A stretch of 63,343 nt of DNA, filler included, from Rhabdomonas costata (Eukaryota): assembly GCA_019059605.1 (NCBI GenBank). It is 57 parts of 57 records of this genome, joined end to end, with 100 filler letters (N's around TTAATTAATTAA, not from the genome) between each part and the next. Parts side by side here need not be neighbours in the genome. Positions count along the whole stretch, not along the records: positions 1 to 1,014 come from JAHMHO010033544.1; positions 1,115 to 2,128 come from JAHMHO010033545.1; positions 2,229 to 3,242 come from JAHMHO010033546.1; positions 3,343 to 4,356 come from JAHMHO010033547.1; positions 4,457 to 5,467 come from JAHMHO010033548.1; positions 5,568 to 6,581 come from JAHMHO010033549.1; positions 6,682 to 7,695 come from JAHMHO010033550.1; positions 7,796 to 8,808 come from JAHMHO010033551.1; 49 more parts are not named here. The stretch is one strand, 5' to 3'. A program made the position numbers and the translations under genes. Below are positions 1 to 11,270 of the stretch, in pieces (within the stretch, counting starts at the first letter, position 1; each line of letters starts with the position of its first letter). The notes under the pieces are model-generated. The model was not told the origin of the DNA and made no database searches. It was given only the letters and a program-made list of their open reading frames with translations.

Positions 1-185
1 TGTTGGTTGGAATAGCAACTTTGGAATGTTGTGGGTTAGGATTACTGCTGTGTTCGCTTTCTGAGGTCTGTGACCTCCTGTATTTGTGGTCTTTTAAATG
101 AAATCTCTGGATTGCCTGGTTCACGTCTCAGGGCATCAGGAGTTGCGCCTCCCCCCCCCCCCCCTCTCTCTCGACGTCTTTCCAG

Positions 186-800
186 GATCACCGGAGGCCT
201 GGCCTTTGGGTTCTCGCAGTTCCTGATCTTCGGGGCGTTTTCCCTCTCGCTGTGGTACGGGGGTCAGCTGATTTCCTCCCGCGAGGCAGACTTTGCTGAG
301 GTGCACGTGCCTTCTCGTGCATCCTGGGCAGTGGACGCTTTGGTGCTGGGGGTTTGAGAGAGCAGAGTAGGTGAGGATGAAGGTTGGGTTGCCTCACTTC
401 GGGTGTTTGATGATGCCACAGGCGAGAAGGAGACTATAGGGGGTTGCCACGTCGATGATGATGCCAGTTTCTGAGAGAAGATGATATCTGCTATTCAACA
501 ATAACAATTCTTTGGCCATTCCCTCCTCCGCACCGTCCCTTGCCTGCATTTTGCATGCAGTTCCTCGATCAGTTTCAAAGTTCTGTCTGCCTTGCCTCGC
601 GCTTCTTGGGTGCAATGCGAATTAGGCTGGAATCGCCTCCAGAAAAAATCGCGGCCCGGACACCGCATCATATGAGGTTCGGGTGCTCGTTGCCGTTCAG
701 TTATATGAGTCGGTTTTGGGTTGCCCCGTCTTTACAGGTCCTCCGGGTCTCCACGGCTATTTTGATGGGAGCGATGGGTGTCGGCGAGTGCTACTCAATG
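186..800 (+). CDS. ABCB/MDR (P-glycoprotein-type) ABC transporter, two internal exons (186-300, 738-800) covering the end of a transmembrane domain
   Basis: Spliced peptide ITGGLAFGFSQFLIFGAFSLSLWYGGQLISSREADFAE|VLRVSTAILMGAMGVGECYSM matches the ABCB TM11-12 pattern (G..FGFSQ...F...L.FWYG). In-phase GT-AG intron at 301-737. Confidence 0.88.
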
Positions 801-1014
801 GTCTGCACAATTCTTTTCTCCAGTGGAACTTTTTTGTAGTATTTGAGCCTCGGAGAGCCCTCTAGCCCTATATATAGCCAGATGCATCATAGTATACCAA
901 CGTACCCCTATACCCAGAACCCCTCAAGGCCCCCATGGCCCAATATTGGGTAGGACCCCCCCCCCAAGTGGGGGCGGGTTGTACAGTGGCGCGGCTGCGG
1001 GGCATTGGCAGCTA

Positions 1015-1114
1015 NNNNNNNNNNNNNNNNNNNNNNNNNNNNNNNNNNNNNNNNNNNNTTAATTAATTAANNNNNNNNNNNNNNNNNNNNNNNNNNNNNN
1101 NNNNNNNNNNNNNN
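1015..1114. other. Artificial contig-joining spacer N44-TTAATTAATTAA-N44 (first of 56 copies, one about every 1.11 kb)
   Basis: An identical 100-nt spacer with six-frame stop codons recurs through the window. It explains all ORFs ending in X..XLIN. Confidence 0.99.
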
Positions 1115-1241
1115 TTTTGTGTTGCCTCTAGCCTTTCCCGCCTATCTGACTATATCTTCTCCTCTCTGCTCTCTGGCTGCTCTCCTTTCTCCTGTGCCTT
1201 TCACTTGCCTTGCATTCCTGTTTTTTGTGTCTTTTCCACTT

Positions 1242-1712
1242 TCATTCCCAATTCTTTCTCGCACTGTCTCGCTCGAGAGTCTTGCCATTCTCTCTCTCCG
1301 GTTTGGCCTTCTCTCCCCTTTCCCTCTCTCGCTTTGCTTTTCTGCCGGGCATTGTGTCGTATACTCGGGTTGTGCTTTTTCCCGACTTCCCTCGGTCAGG
1401 TGTTCTTGCTCTTGCTTCCACTTTGTCCTCAAATTTCTCTCCATTCAACTGCTCCCATATATCTCCCGTGGCTTTCTCACTGGCTTTATCCAAATGCACC
1501 ACTACTTTATAAACTCTTGAGCTTTTATGAAGTCTCATCTCCCCAACAGAATTTATCTCTGCTCTTGCAGAAACAATGCTCTCATCTCTTCTCAACTCAA
1601 GCGCTGAACTTGCAATCTTTAGCTGGTCAACCATTCCTCTCAAATCTCTTACAGAGACCACTCTCTCTGCTCCGTCAAAAACCACTCTGAAAATTCTGAC
1701 AAGTGCGAACAC
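1242..1712 (-). CDS. Intronless ORF of unknown function with a basic, purine-rich C-terminal part; possibly a retroelement ORF1/gag fragment
   Basis: 156-aa open frame with protein-like composition; no motif recognised. Confidence 0.25.
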   Translation of the reverse strand: MFALVRIFRVVFDGAERVVSVRDLRGMVDQLKIASSALELRRDESIVSARAEINSVGEMRLHKSSRVYKVVVHLDKASEKATGDIWEQLNGEKFEDKVEARARTPDRGKSGKSTTRVYDTMPGRKAKRERERGEKAKPERENGKTLERDSARKNWE

Positions 1713-2228
1713 TAACGTGTTATTTATCTTTCATCCATTCGAAGACTCTCCTACGTGTCCTGAGCCGTTACAAAAAGTCTCGCTTATGGGCGTTGCTACA
1801 ATCCACTATCATTAGTAGTGGCTTAGAGCATTTACCCCCCCTTCTCTGGTAGGCGTTGAAGGTGCAATACCCCCTAACTCTGGGCACGTTGCTGGGGAAG
1901 AGGGCTCCTCCGCCCAACCCCCTGTTATCACATTATCTACGACATACGGCGTGGTGGAATTAGACCGCCAACGAGAATCTGTAGTGGTTGCGCGTGTTTA
2001 ATACCGGCCCGATGTCCCGGTCAACGTTTTGTCCCGGTAAACGTGGACCACCCGTTCGTGCTTCTCCTCCTTCCCGGCGTCGCCTCCTAACCCCCGGCAT
2101 AGGCAATACCCGAATTGTCAAACCCACANNNNNNNNNNNNNNNNNNNNNNNNNNNNNNNNNNNNNNNNNNNNTTAATTAATTAANNNNNNNNNNNNNNNN
2201 NNNNNNNNNNNNNNNNNNNNNNNNNNNN

Positions 2229-2560
2229 AGGTGGTTCCGTTAGTGACGCTGACTATCAACATCAACTGCTTCAGACGCTTGCGCGGTAGGGGTAGTTCAG
2301 TGACCAGGGCTTCGCTCATGAAGCAATCTGAAGCTCCTGAATCCAACAGGGCGTGCACTACATGTTTCCCAAAGGTAAGCGGTAGGAACGGTAGTGGCCT
2401 CGGCGGCGGGTGGTCTGGTCCTGCTTCGGGGACAATCCGCTCAGGAAACAAAGCTGACAGCGTCAGTTCCCGACCTCCTGTGCTCCGCTACTCTCGGTGA
2501 CGCGGTCCTCCCGGGGACATTCTCGGATGAAGTGTTCAACATGGCCACAGTATTGAAAGG
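2229..2560 (-). mobile_element. Ty3/gypsy LTR retrotransposon remnant: degenerate gag zinc knuckle followed by aspartic protease
   Basis: Minus strand 2558-2517 reads FQYCGHVEHFIREC (CX2CX4HX4C with the first Cys changed to Phe). Downstream HALLDSGASDCFMS is the retropepsin D(S/T)GA motif. A frameshift/stop lies between them. Confidence 0.85.
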
Positions 2561-2579
2561 TGCGATCCCCCCCTTGAAG

Positions 2580-2780
2580 ATCAGGAGTTGCGCAAACAGC
2601 TGAAGGAACTAACTGATCTTGGATTCATTGAACCTACCGTGTCTCCTTACGGAGCAGGCATACGTTTTGCACACAAATCTAACGGAAAACTTATACTTTG
2701 TGTTGAATACCGACCTTTGAACGCAATAACTACAGTAGACGCGTACCCCCTACGGATTGGCGGATTGACAAAATGATTGG
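2580..2780 (+). mobile_element. Ty3/gypsy reverse transcriptase N-terminal fragment (degenerate)
   Basis: LRKQLKELTDLGFIEPTVSPYGAGIRFAHKSNGKLILCVEYRPLNAITTVDAYPL matches the gypsy RT consensus (GFIRPS.SP..AP..FV.K.DG.LR.C.DYR.LN..T..D.YPLP). Confidence 0.9.
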
Positions 2781-5700
2781 CCAGGTGGGGAAGTCTTGAT
2801 CGGGAGGCCTGGAAGGGTGCAGACCTGCGGGCTGCATGTATGGAACGAGATGCGCAAACTATTGGTTGAGTTCAATGACCTCCTTAGTCATGGCGGCTTT
2901 GGCTCTGCTAGGCTAGAGATCTGCTGGCGATCTCTATTGGAGAGTTCCTCGGCTTCCTCTGGAGATATGACAAATAGATGGGATGGTGGTGAGTATTTCG
3001 CCGAACGGGCGCGTGGTCTCCTTCATTGTCGGGTTTGCACGTGTATGCCTTCCATCTGTCTGGCTCTCCACGTGCTGCAAAGTTTGTAGGCAAGACAGCA
3101 AATTCGACTCGTGTGGTGTTCTTCTCCGCTGGTTCATTGTAATGCAGCGCCATTGCGTGGGGCTTGATTAGCCTTCTAGCCATTTGGAATACTTCAGACG
3201 CAGGTAGGGCGATGATCTCGTAGGTGATCTCACCACAAACAANNNNNNNNNNNNNNNNNNNNNNNNNNNNNNNNNNNNNNNNNNNNTTAATTAATTAANN
3301 NNNNNNNNNNNNNNNNNNNNNNNNNNNNNNNNNNNNNNNNNNGTGGTTGAGCGCAGCGAGCGCAAGAAGATAAGTGGCAGTCAACTGGGGCGTCTGTGGG
3401 TCAGTGGCCATGTTTGATAGTGCCCGGGCAGAGGCATCCTTCGGGTAGGCCACCTCGGGAGGAAATCAAGCTCAGAGCTTCCACTCGCTGGATAAGGTAG
3501 AGGAACTGTTCAGAGAGCTCCAGGGCCCACTTTGGGGGGCTTCATCGGTGCGCCGCCGCTGAGGATCTGGCTCCGAGGACATGGTGGGCTGGAAATAAAA
3601 GTGGCGATGTGCGTTTCGGAACACAGGGAATGAGGTATATATGTGTGACTGTTATGGAAAGGAGAGGAACGTGCGAAACTTCAGTTATTTTGTGCGGTAT
3701 CACAAACAATTGTAGGTCCGATGCGACGTGTTCTCCTCTCAACCAACATCTGCGGGTATATGACAGCAAGTTTTCCAATTTGGCGCTGCCGCACTCCAAA
3801 TTCATTGCCGCGTATAATCACAACGAGATTATCCTAGGAATCTTTGGAATCCACTTGCTTACAGCCAAACGCTGCCTCATGCACCGGCTTTTGTGCTATT
3901 TTATTTGTGGCTTACTTGATGCAAAAACCCATTCCAAAAGTGTTGTGCATGCGTCTCCGAAAACACCTGTGTAAAAACTTCACCTCCAATTCATCCACTA
4001 CCACCGGCTCAAAGTACTCTTCTGGAAGATTCCAATAATCTCCCCGTAAGAGTATTTTTCAACGCCATATGATTAAACGGCTTCTAACCGGGAACATGTG
4101 GACTTAATCGTTCCATTCAACTTCTTCGGAGTGGAAGCCAGCATCAACAGTTCCTTCAGCTTCAACCAGATCTCTTTGTCGTTCTCACCATGCGCTCGCG
4201 ATCTCCATCGCTCCATTACATCTTCTTCGGCACTCTATGTCAATTCTGGTTGCGCTTTCGGCTACGAAACTTTCACACCATCTCCTGATCAGTCTTCGTT
4301 AGTATGACGTCTCCTTTCTACTGCAAATTCTCCAAATTAATCTAAATCCTGAATTTNNNNNNNNNNNNNNNNNNNNNNNNNNNNNNNNNNNNNNNNNNNN
4401 TTAATTAATTAANNNNNNNNNNNNNNNNNNNNNNNNNNNNNNNNNNNNNNNNNNNNAATGAACACTGACAACCCGTCTGTGGCATGCAGTGTTGTGCAGC
4501 TGCTGTGTGCGCAGACGCCTTGTCCCGAATGAAGACTTCACCGAACCTTTGACAACCCCCTGCGGTTGCAATTGAGCTCTTGCAGATGGTGGGCCGTACA
4601 TGGTGTGCCTTGGGTAGGTCACAGTTTTGAACCAGATTTAGGATGACCGAAGCTGCGCACTAGTTCAACCAAAGCATTTCGGATGGATGGGATGCCGTTT
4701 GTGCTATCCCATTGGCGATGAAGTTTTTCTTTCGAGGCACCCTTTGTGGAGCCTGAGCCTCCTAATGTAAAACATACCGGTTTTGGGGGGACTCTTTCAT
4801 TTGCACAGTTAATGAGAACAGCTTCCCACATGCAACAGACAAAATTTGAATGGAGTCATATACAGACGTCAGCAAAGAATGCATAAAATTATTGCTCGCA
4901 CTGCCCTTCGCTGCAGAGGTAAACATTCTGTAAACCCCGACAGTCATTTCAAATTTGGAAGCCTCAATTTTTGTAATCTGATCTATTATGTTCGCACTTT
5001 GTCATCAGGGTCGATAATATTTCACAACAGTGGTAATGGCGGGTAAGTCGTGGAGCTTTTTAACTGAAAACTGAACGGCCCTTCCATTTTTCTTGGGCTG
5101 ACTGGATTCTGTTTGCCGCGCAAACTCGAAAGTCGAATCAGTGACCCAAAAACAAATCTCGCGTTGCCAGAACGTTGACAATTATTTGGGAGTGCGGGAA
5201 AGGGAAAAGGTTGGGCCAAGACCCCTTTCTGTTGACTCTCCGTGTTCAGAACAAATCCGGTCCCCTTAACAGCATAGTGCGTGCAGAAGGAACGGAAGCA
5301 GGGTGAGCGAGTAAGTTGTCGTCGATGTAATGCCATTAAAGGGTCAATAGGCGACGAAGCTGCGTGAGGGCTCCATGAGCAACCGAAAGGAAGACGGACT
5401 TCCGAGGGGGGACTGGATTGGTGGGCGTTAAAGGCGCGCGGATCACAGATGCGGCGAGCTTTTGTTTNNNNNNNNNNNNNNNNNNNNNNNNNNNNNNNNN
5501 NNNNNNNNNNNTTAATTAATTAANNNNNNNNNNNNNNNNNNNNNNNNNNNNNNNNNNNNNNNNNNNNTTTTGTTGGTTAGATGTGTGTGTTCGGTCAGTG
5601 TGTATTTGACTGTTACCTCTCTGCATGGTGGGCTTTTAGATAGGATTGTTTTGGGCGCCAATGCTTTGCATTATGATTGCATTGTGGTGTGTTGTTTTTC

Positions 5701-8700
5701 ACTTTGAGGGGAGGTGAACTGCTGCTGCTGGGAATTGTTGGTAATGCATTTTTTCCGTTTTATTTATGTGCTCGTGGCCCGTGATCGTAAAACTTGCAGC
5801 ACTAATTTTTGAAATGACAATTGCCGCACGGGAACCCATGGGTTTCGGATTCTCATAGGTCCACCGCACGAAGGACGCCTATGCCTTTGTGCACTTCACT
5901 GACATTGGTATCTGCGCGACTCTTTTCGCTCTCACCCCTTTCACAAGTTCACGAGTTTTACCGCAGAAGGCGCTCCGTTGGAGTGTTATTTGGTAATACA
6001 ACGTCAATGTAAGCCAGCTGAATGTACATAGAGCTTGCGCAGCAATGATAACGTTCCGTGGCTCCCTATCATATTGACGCAATACGTTATTCTGGAAACG
6101 CCAAAGCGCATGAAAAGAACGATGAGACCAATGCCACAGAAAAACAGAGGGGTCAGGCTGTGGATGAGATTCGCAATGGGTCAGTGCCTCGAATTCGCTT
6201 TGTTTCCCCAAAGATGCCGCTGTGCATGCCGTGAGTTCCCTGGACGGCAAGGCTCTGCAGGGCCGCCAGCTTAACTTGGAGCTCGAGACGGAGACCTGCC
6301 GGTGCTTTGGGCTGAGGCGGAAGCCCCCGCCCCTTCGGGACAGCCGCTTTCACAGGGGTGTGCTCCTTTGCTGCCTCTTTGGACTTCCTTGCGACCATAA
6401 TTGGGTCATTGCATTTCAGAAAAGCCTGCCGATCTTTCCATTCTTGTGAGGACACTCCTTTGTGATAAATTGCTCGCAGAGTCATGCAAGGACAGAGTTG
6501 TGAATATTGCAAGCCCTTTCCAGACATATTTCCATCCACAGATGGCACCGCGGCTGTGGAGATCGGTCCCCAACACCACCANNNNNNNNNNNNNNNNNNN
6601 NNNNNNNNNNNNNNNNNNNNNNNNNTTAATTAATTAANNNNNNNNNNNNNNNNNNNNNNNNNNNNNNNNNNNNNNNNNNNNGTTGTTTTGTGCGAATAAC
6701 CGTTACAAAGAGCTGGAGACAGGGAGACGTCCGTGCTTCCGGCGCGGGGGAATCAAACCCGAAGCTCCTTCACCCGAATGTCGACGGCATGCCACCTCTG
6801 GAAGAGGAAGCGCCGCCAGACTTTGCTTCAGATAACCCTGCCAGATGGCATTCCTAAAGACCGTGGCACGGATTCCTTGAAGGTGGTCCTCTTGCCTCTT
6901 CTGGCACTCAGGTCTCCTCCCTTCCGTATGCCTTGTCCTATATCCCGCTGTTCGACGTTATTACCCAAGGGGCAACCTTTGCCCGTCTGCTGAACAAGTT
7001 CGGCGTGCTGACCTTCCCTCTTCCCGCAATTGCGTTGGATGGGCTGCGGTCGATCAACCTGAGCTCCAATCTCACGGTATTGCCGCGGCGTGGGTTTTGC
7101 TCTGCTGCAAAGCTGTTTCATTTGGATTTGCTCACGACTGTTGTGCAATGGGTTTTGCTCTTCTGCACCATTTGCTGCCTTCTTTTTACAAGCCTAAGTA
7201 TTGCATTAAGCGAAAACAAAGGCTGTGCTTTGTTGTGGGGCTTTTCTCCCTCCTTCCCTCGCAGCGTCACCTCAGCTTCGTGTGCTTGTTCCGTTTCTGT
7301 GTTTTTTATGTTGAAATGTGAGTTCTGTGAGTTCTCGCCAGTTTCTGGGAGTGGGTCCTGCCCTTCGCCCTTCTCAAGAGATGCTGGGGGGTGTTTGTGT
7401 GTTTCCTTTTCCCAAGGCCTCGGCTGTAGATCTGCCTGCGCTGTCGGCGTATCCTTTGCTGGGCCTGACCTACTTCCATATCCGCCTGCACGGAGCAAGC
7501 TGTGCGCAGCAAGCGCGGCTGTTCGATTTCTAGAACTGGTGTTTGAATGGGTTTTAGCGTGCCGCGATGGGGAGGGGTGTACTCCTTGACCCAGTGTGTA
7601 TGTGTACCTTAGACCTTTCTCAGCCATCATCTAAGTCTCACAACTGCTTGAGACTCCGGTCATCTTCAGGCAACTTATGTCGCCAACCAACCCCCNNNNN
7701 NNNNNNNNNNNNNNNNNNNNNNNNNNNNNNNNNNNNNNNTTAATTAATTAANNNNNNNNNNNNNNNNNNNNNNNNNNNNNNNNNNNNNNNNNNNNGGTTG
7801 TGTTGTCTTCGTTTCTCCGCCTCATTCATTACCACCTTCGTGAGACTACTTTTTGCTATGAAGATATGAAGAGGTACTTCGTCGCCAGGCAGGTGACGAA
7901 GTACATGACATTCCTCCACATCTAATGAGCCAGATTCTTCCGGGAGGTCCACAGAAGTCCACGTAGCAGGAACAGTGAGGCTGTTGTGGCTGTTGTGACG
8001 AAACGGAAACAACTGAATCCATCCATCCACTTACCAGCGTGCCTGAGCAAGCCATGGTCAGAAAAAAAGGTCATCCGTCACAAACAAAACAATGCAGGGC
8101 CAGCACTGCCAGTTTATCCTACTAATTTCTGCGGAACAAACCGCGCTCGATGTTTGGTCTTAATGTTGTCTTCAATAAAAGATAATTTCGATTGCCGCTT
8201 TCGTCTAGGAGCTCCATTTTCTGGGGGAGGGAGGGGATGCTGGGTTGTTGGGCTTCATGCTACTTGATTAATGAACAACTAAATGTGTAGGGCAAGAACC
8301 GGCGCACAGGGTATACAAAAGAGCTGCCAAGGGGCGCCAGGTCATGAAACCCCTGACCCCCCAGGAGCGCCCACACCCAGCGTTTCGAGAGAGGTCTGCA
8401 GTTTGAACCAAAGACCCCAGGCCAGCTTCAGCTTAGCATTCTTCTGATCAGAAACCATTGAGTATGTTCCCTACACACTTGTACTCAATACTCAATGGTT
8501 GTTTCAAGAGGGAAGAAGAAACTCTGCACTGCTACCAACACCACGTGTGAAGCTGTACTGCCAGCTAACATTTCCCCGGCAGGCCCTGTGCAAAAGGCGT
8601 GTGCACATGTGTGTACGCAGACACGCACATCAGGGCCACCAATCAGAGGTGCAATGCCTATGCTATCGAAGCACTCTCCACCACCAACACTTATCGCAGA

Positions 8701-9235
8701 CCCACACATCCCAACACTCATTGCGCATCGCGAATTCCCTGTGCAAGGCTAATCCAATGGATCTCTCTCTCGCCAGCACGCATACACACATATGGCACAA
8801 CACACACCNNNNNNNNNNNNNNNNNNNNNNNNNNNNNNNNNNNNNNNNNNNNTTAATTAATTAANNNNNNNNNNNNNNNNNNNNNNNNNNNNNNNNNNNN
8901 NNNNNNNNACTCACACCAGGCCGTAGCCCAACTGTACACCGAGTGATCCAAACAAATGAGCCTTGGACACATCGGGCACGAAGTGTGGATTTTGCCATTT
9001 CTTCACCGCCCATTCCGGTGGGTGGCCGACCTCTGTGCAAGGAATCCCTGCGTTTTAACCCATCCGTGGGGTTCGAGTAACCCACCTTCCGCCCAACCCC
9101 TTCACAACCCCAACGGTAGAGGCCTTGAATAAAGCGCTTTCCTGCCATTGCTTTCACCCAATAATTTAGTGACATTCACTGTGAGTGTGGGCCTAAACCC
9201 CGTTGATCTTCCCAGACGAGAGAGGGGGGCCACCT

Positions 9236-9598
9236 CTGCAAATAGTCAGCAGGCGAGAGCCCGGGGTTCAGCCAGGGCGCCATCGCCGCGATCCCCGCGG
9301 GGCCGGGAATCCCGTGCAGGGCGCAGTACAGCGCCACAGTGAAGCAAAGGTTGCCCCCAGCGGAGTCCCCGGAGAAGGTCACGCGGTGCGGGGGAACCTG
9401 TGGGGGGCCCTCGGTAAGCCACCGGTATGCCGCCACGCAGTCGTCCAGGGCGCACGGGAAAGGGTGCTCGGGGCTCAGGCGGTAGTCCACAGAGAAGATG
9501 CGGTAGCCTTCCAAAACCATCCACACATTGAAAAAAGAGAAGGGAAACAACGTGTGCCCGTCTGCCTGGCGGCTGACCCGTTACTCCGCAGGTATCCA
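9236..9598 (-). CDS. Hormone-sensitive-lipase family alpha/beta hydrolase (Abhydrolase_3), exons ~9598-9558 and 9507-~9236
   Basis: ARQTG|YRIFSVDYRLSPEHPFPCALDDCVAAYRWL...FSGDSAGGNL contains the VDYRL.PEHPFP and GDSAGG nucleophile motifs. 50-nt GC-AG intron at 9557-9508. Confidence 0.92.
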
Positions 9599-10239
9599 CT
9601 TTATGCATCAGATCTCGCGGTACTGTCTAAACACGACAGCCATGACAAGGGTGTCAACCGCAAGGAAATTCCACCGGGGGGGGGGGTTAGAGCGCGATTA
9701 GGTTTCCTCTGCATTTTTCGAGGCCACCCAGCGGAGTGGCAAAACATACTTGCCCAACATCCCACAGATGTCTCCCCTCCTTCTTCCGCCTGCCTGTCCT
9801 CCCCCCACCCTTCATACAAGCACGCTTCATACTTGACCATTCTTCACATCCCTCCTTCTCTCTTCCTTGTGTGTGGTAAGCAGTGGCGACGACCTTCAAG
9901 CTGCAGTGTATCCCACCCACCNNNNNNNNNNNNNNNNNNNNNNNNNNNNNNNNNNNNNNNNNNNNTTAATTAATTAANNNNNNNNNNNNNNNNNNNNNNN
10001 NNNNNNNNNNNNNNNNNNNNNTAACACACTCCCTGTGTCAACCGCTTCTATCCACGTCACGGATGGATCATGTGGAACTCTGGATTCAACAACCTCACTC
10101 GAATATTCTTTTAACTTTATATGGCATAACTCCACCTTAGGACCTGCCGAAGTAGTAGTTAGAACGGAAAATGTCCAGCACGAACAAGGTCCAGAAGAGT
10201 CGAACGGGGGTCAGAAGCATCAGAGAGGTTGCTTCTCCA

Positions 10240-10957
10240 CTGGAACTCTTTGAGATTCTCAAGAGGTGGTCCTGTGCCCCGCCGCGGGCATTTAGCCAGG
10301 TCTTTAGGCGACCCCAGCAACCACCAATGGTGTTAATGGTGTTGGTGTGAACCCGAAAGGTCACTCCTCCAAACACCTCATCTTTAGCATACTGCTCGTG
10401 AACATGTGAACATGGTCCACGTAGCTGTGCTTGTAACCGCACTTCTTTGAAATCGCCTCATACGCTCTGGCTCCGTCCGTGAATAAAAGGTTCCCTTAGC
10501 AATCCTTGAGGCGCAGAGATCAGCCACATCGTCCACACTTGGAGGACCAAACCTGCGCTCAATGAGATCACCCTTCTCCCACTTGTCATAGGTGTCCAAG
10601 AAGAGTTTACCAGTTTTCCTGCAAATGGCTCCTAACACGTCACCCTTGACCACAGTTTTGTGTCCGTACAAGCCTTTTTGACCTCTCCCAATTTCGCTTT
10701 CATCACATTCCACAACCGCACCTCTACCCCGAAGCCGCCTTTCTCTCGCAGCTTGTGCATTCGCAACGCAAACGCTCAGCCTTTGGCTCCACTGCGCTAC
10801 CGAGGTGTGGCTCAAACCCAACATGTTTGTAGACCTGTCTCCAGTCATGAGCCCAGAAGAAGAACAGGTGAATCAGCTGCTTATTAGTCAGCCGTGAACC
10901 TTCATAAGAGACCATGAACTGGTCGGAATCCACACCTGACATCCCTTTCGCTTGCAT
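10240..10957 (-). mobile_element. Merlin (IS1016/IS1595-related) DDE transposase, frameshifted and inactive
   Basis: Across frames: HLFFFWAH...LGLSHTSVAQW (HTH), GRGAVVECDES (D1), VLGAICRKTGKLF, FTDGARAY (D2), VHTNTINTIGGCWGRLK (HTN.IE..W..LK motif with E changed to G). Confidence 0.9.
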
Positions 10958-11135
10958 CGCACATGTGGCTTCCCTCTGCGGAAGACCACGTCACTCACAG
11001 GTCCATCACATGAAGTACAAGAAGACACACCACACNNNNNNNNNNNNNNNNNNNNNNNNNNNNNNNNNNNNNNNNNNNNTTAATTAATTAANNNNNNNNN
11101 NNNNNNNNNNNNNNNNNNNNNNNNNNNNNNNNNNN

Positions 11136-11270
11136 CAGCGCACCATCAAACAGGGCGACCGTCTGGTGGGCCATGTAGTAGTACGACGCGATCCGCCCCA
11201 GCGTCGTGGGCACCAGTTCATCACAGCTGGCGTCCTCCAGGCACCGTGAGGACTGCAAGTCCCGCAGCAC
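11136..11270 (-). CDS. ASCC3: Ski2/Brr2-family helicase exon, ASCC3/Slh1-like (winged-helix to Sec63 junction)
   Basis: LRDLQSSRCLED...LVPTTLGRIASYYYMAHQTVALF resembles ASCC3 (GRIASYYYL.H.TV..F). Preceded by a pyrimidine-rich CCCACAG acceptor. Confidence 0.8.

Noticed and set aside
3740..4060. Possible LINE RT relic on the minus strand (VDELEVKFL..., WIPKIPR...ECGSAKLENLL)
   Set aside because: The resemblance is faint and needs several frameshifts; a profile search would be required.
9203..9973. Longest ORF in the track (256 aa, +)
   Set aside because: Antisense to the GC-rich hydrolase exon and runs into Ns; no recognisable motif.
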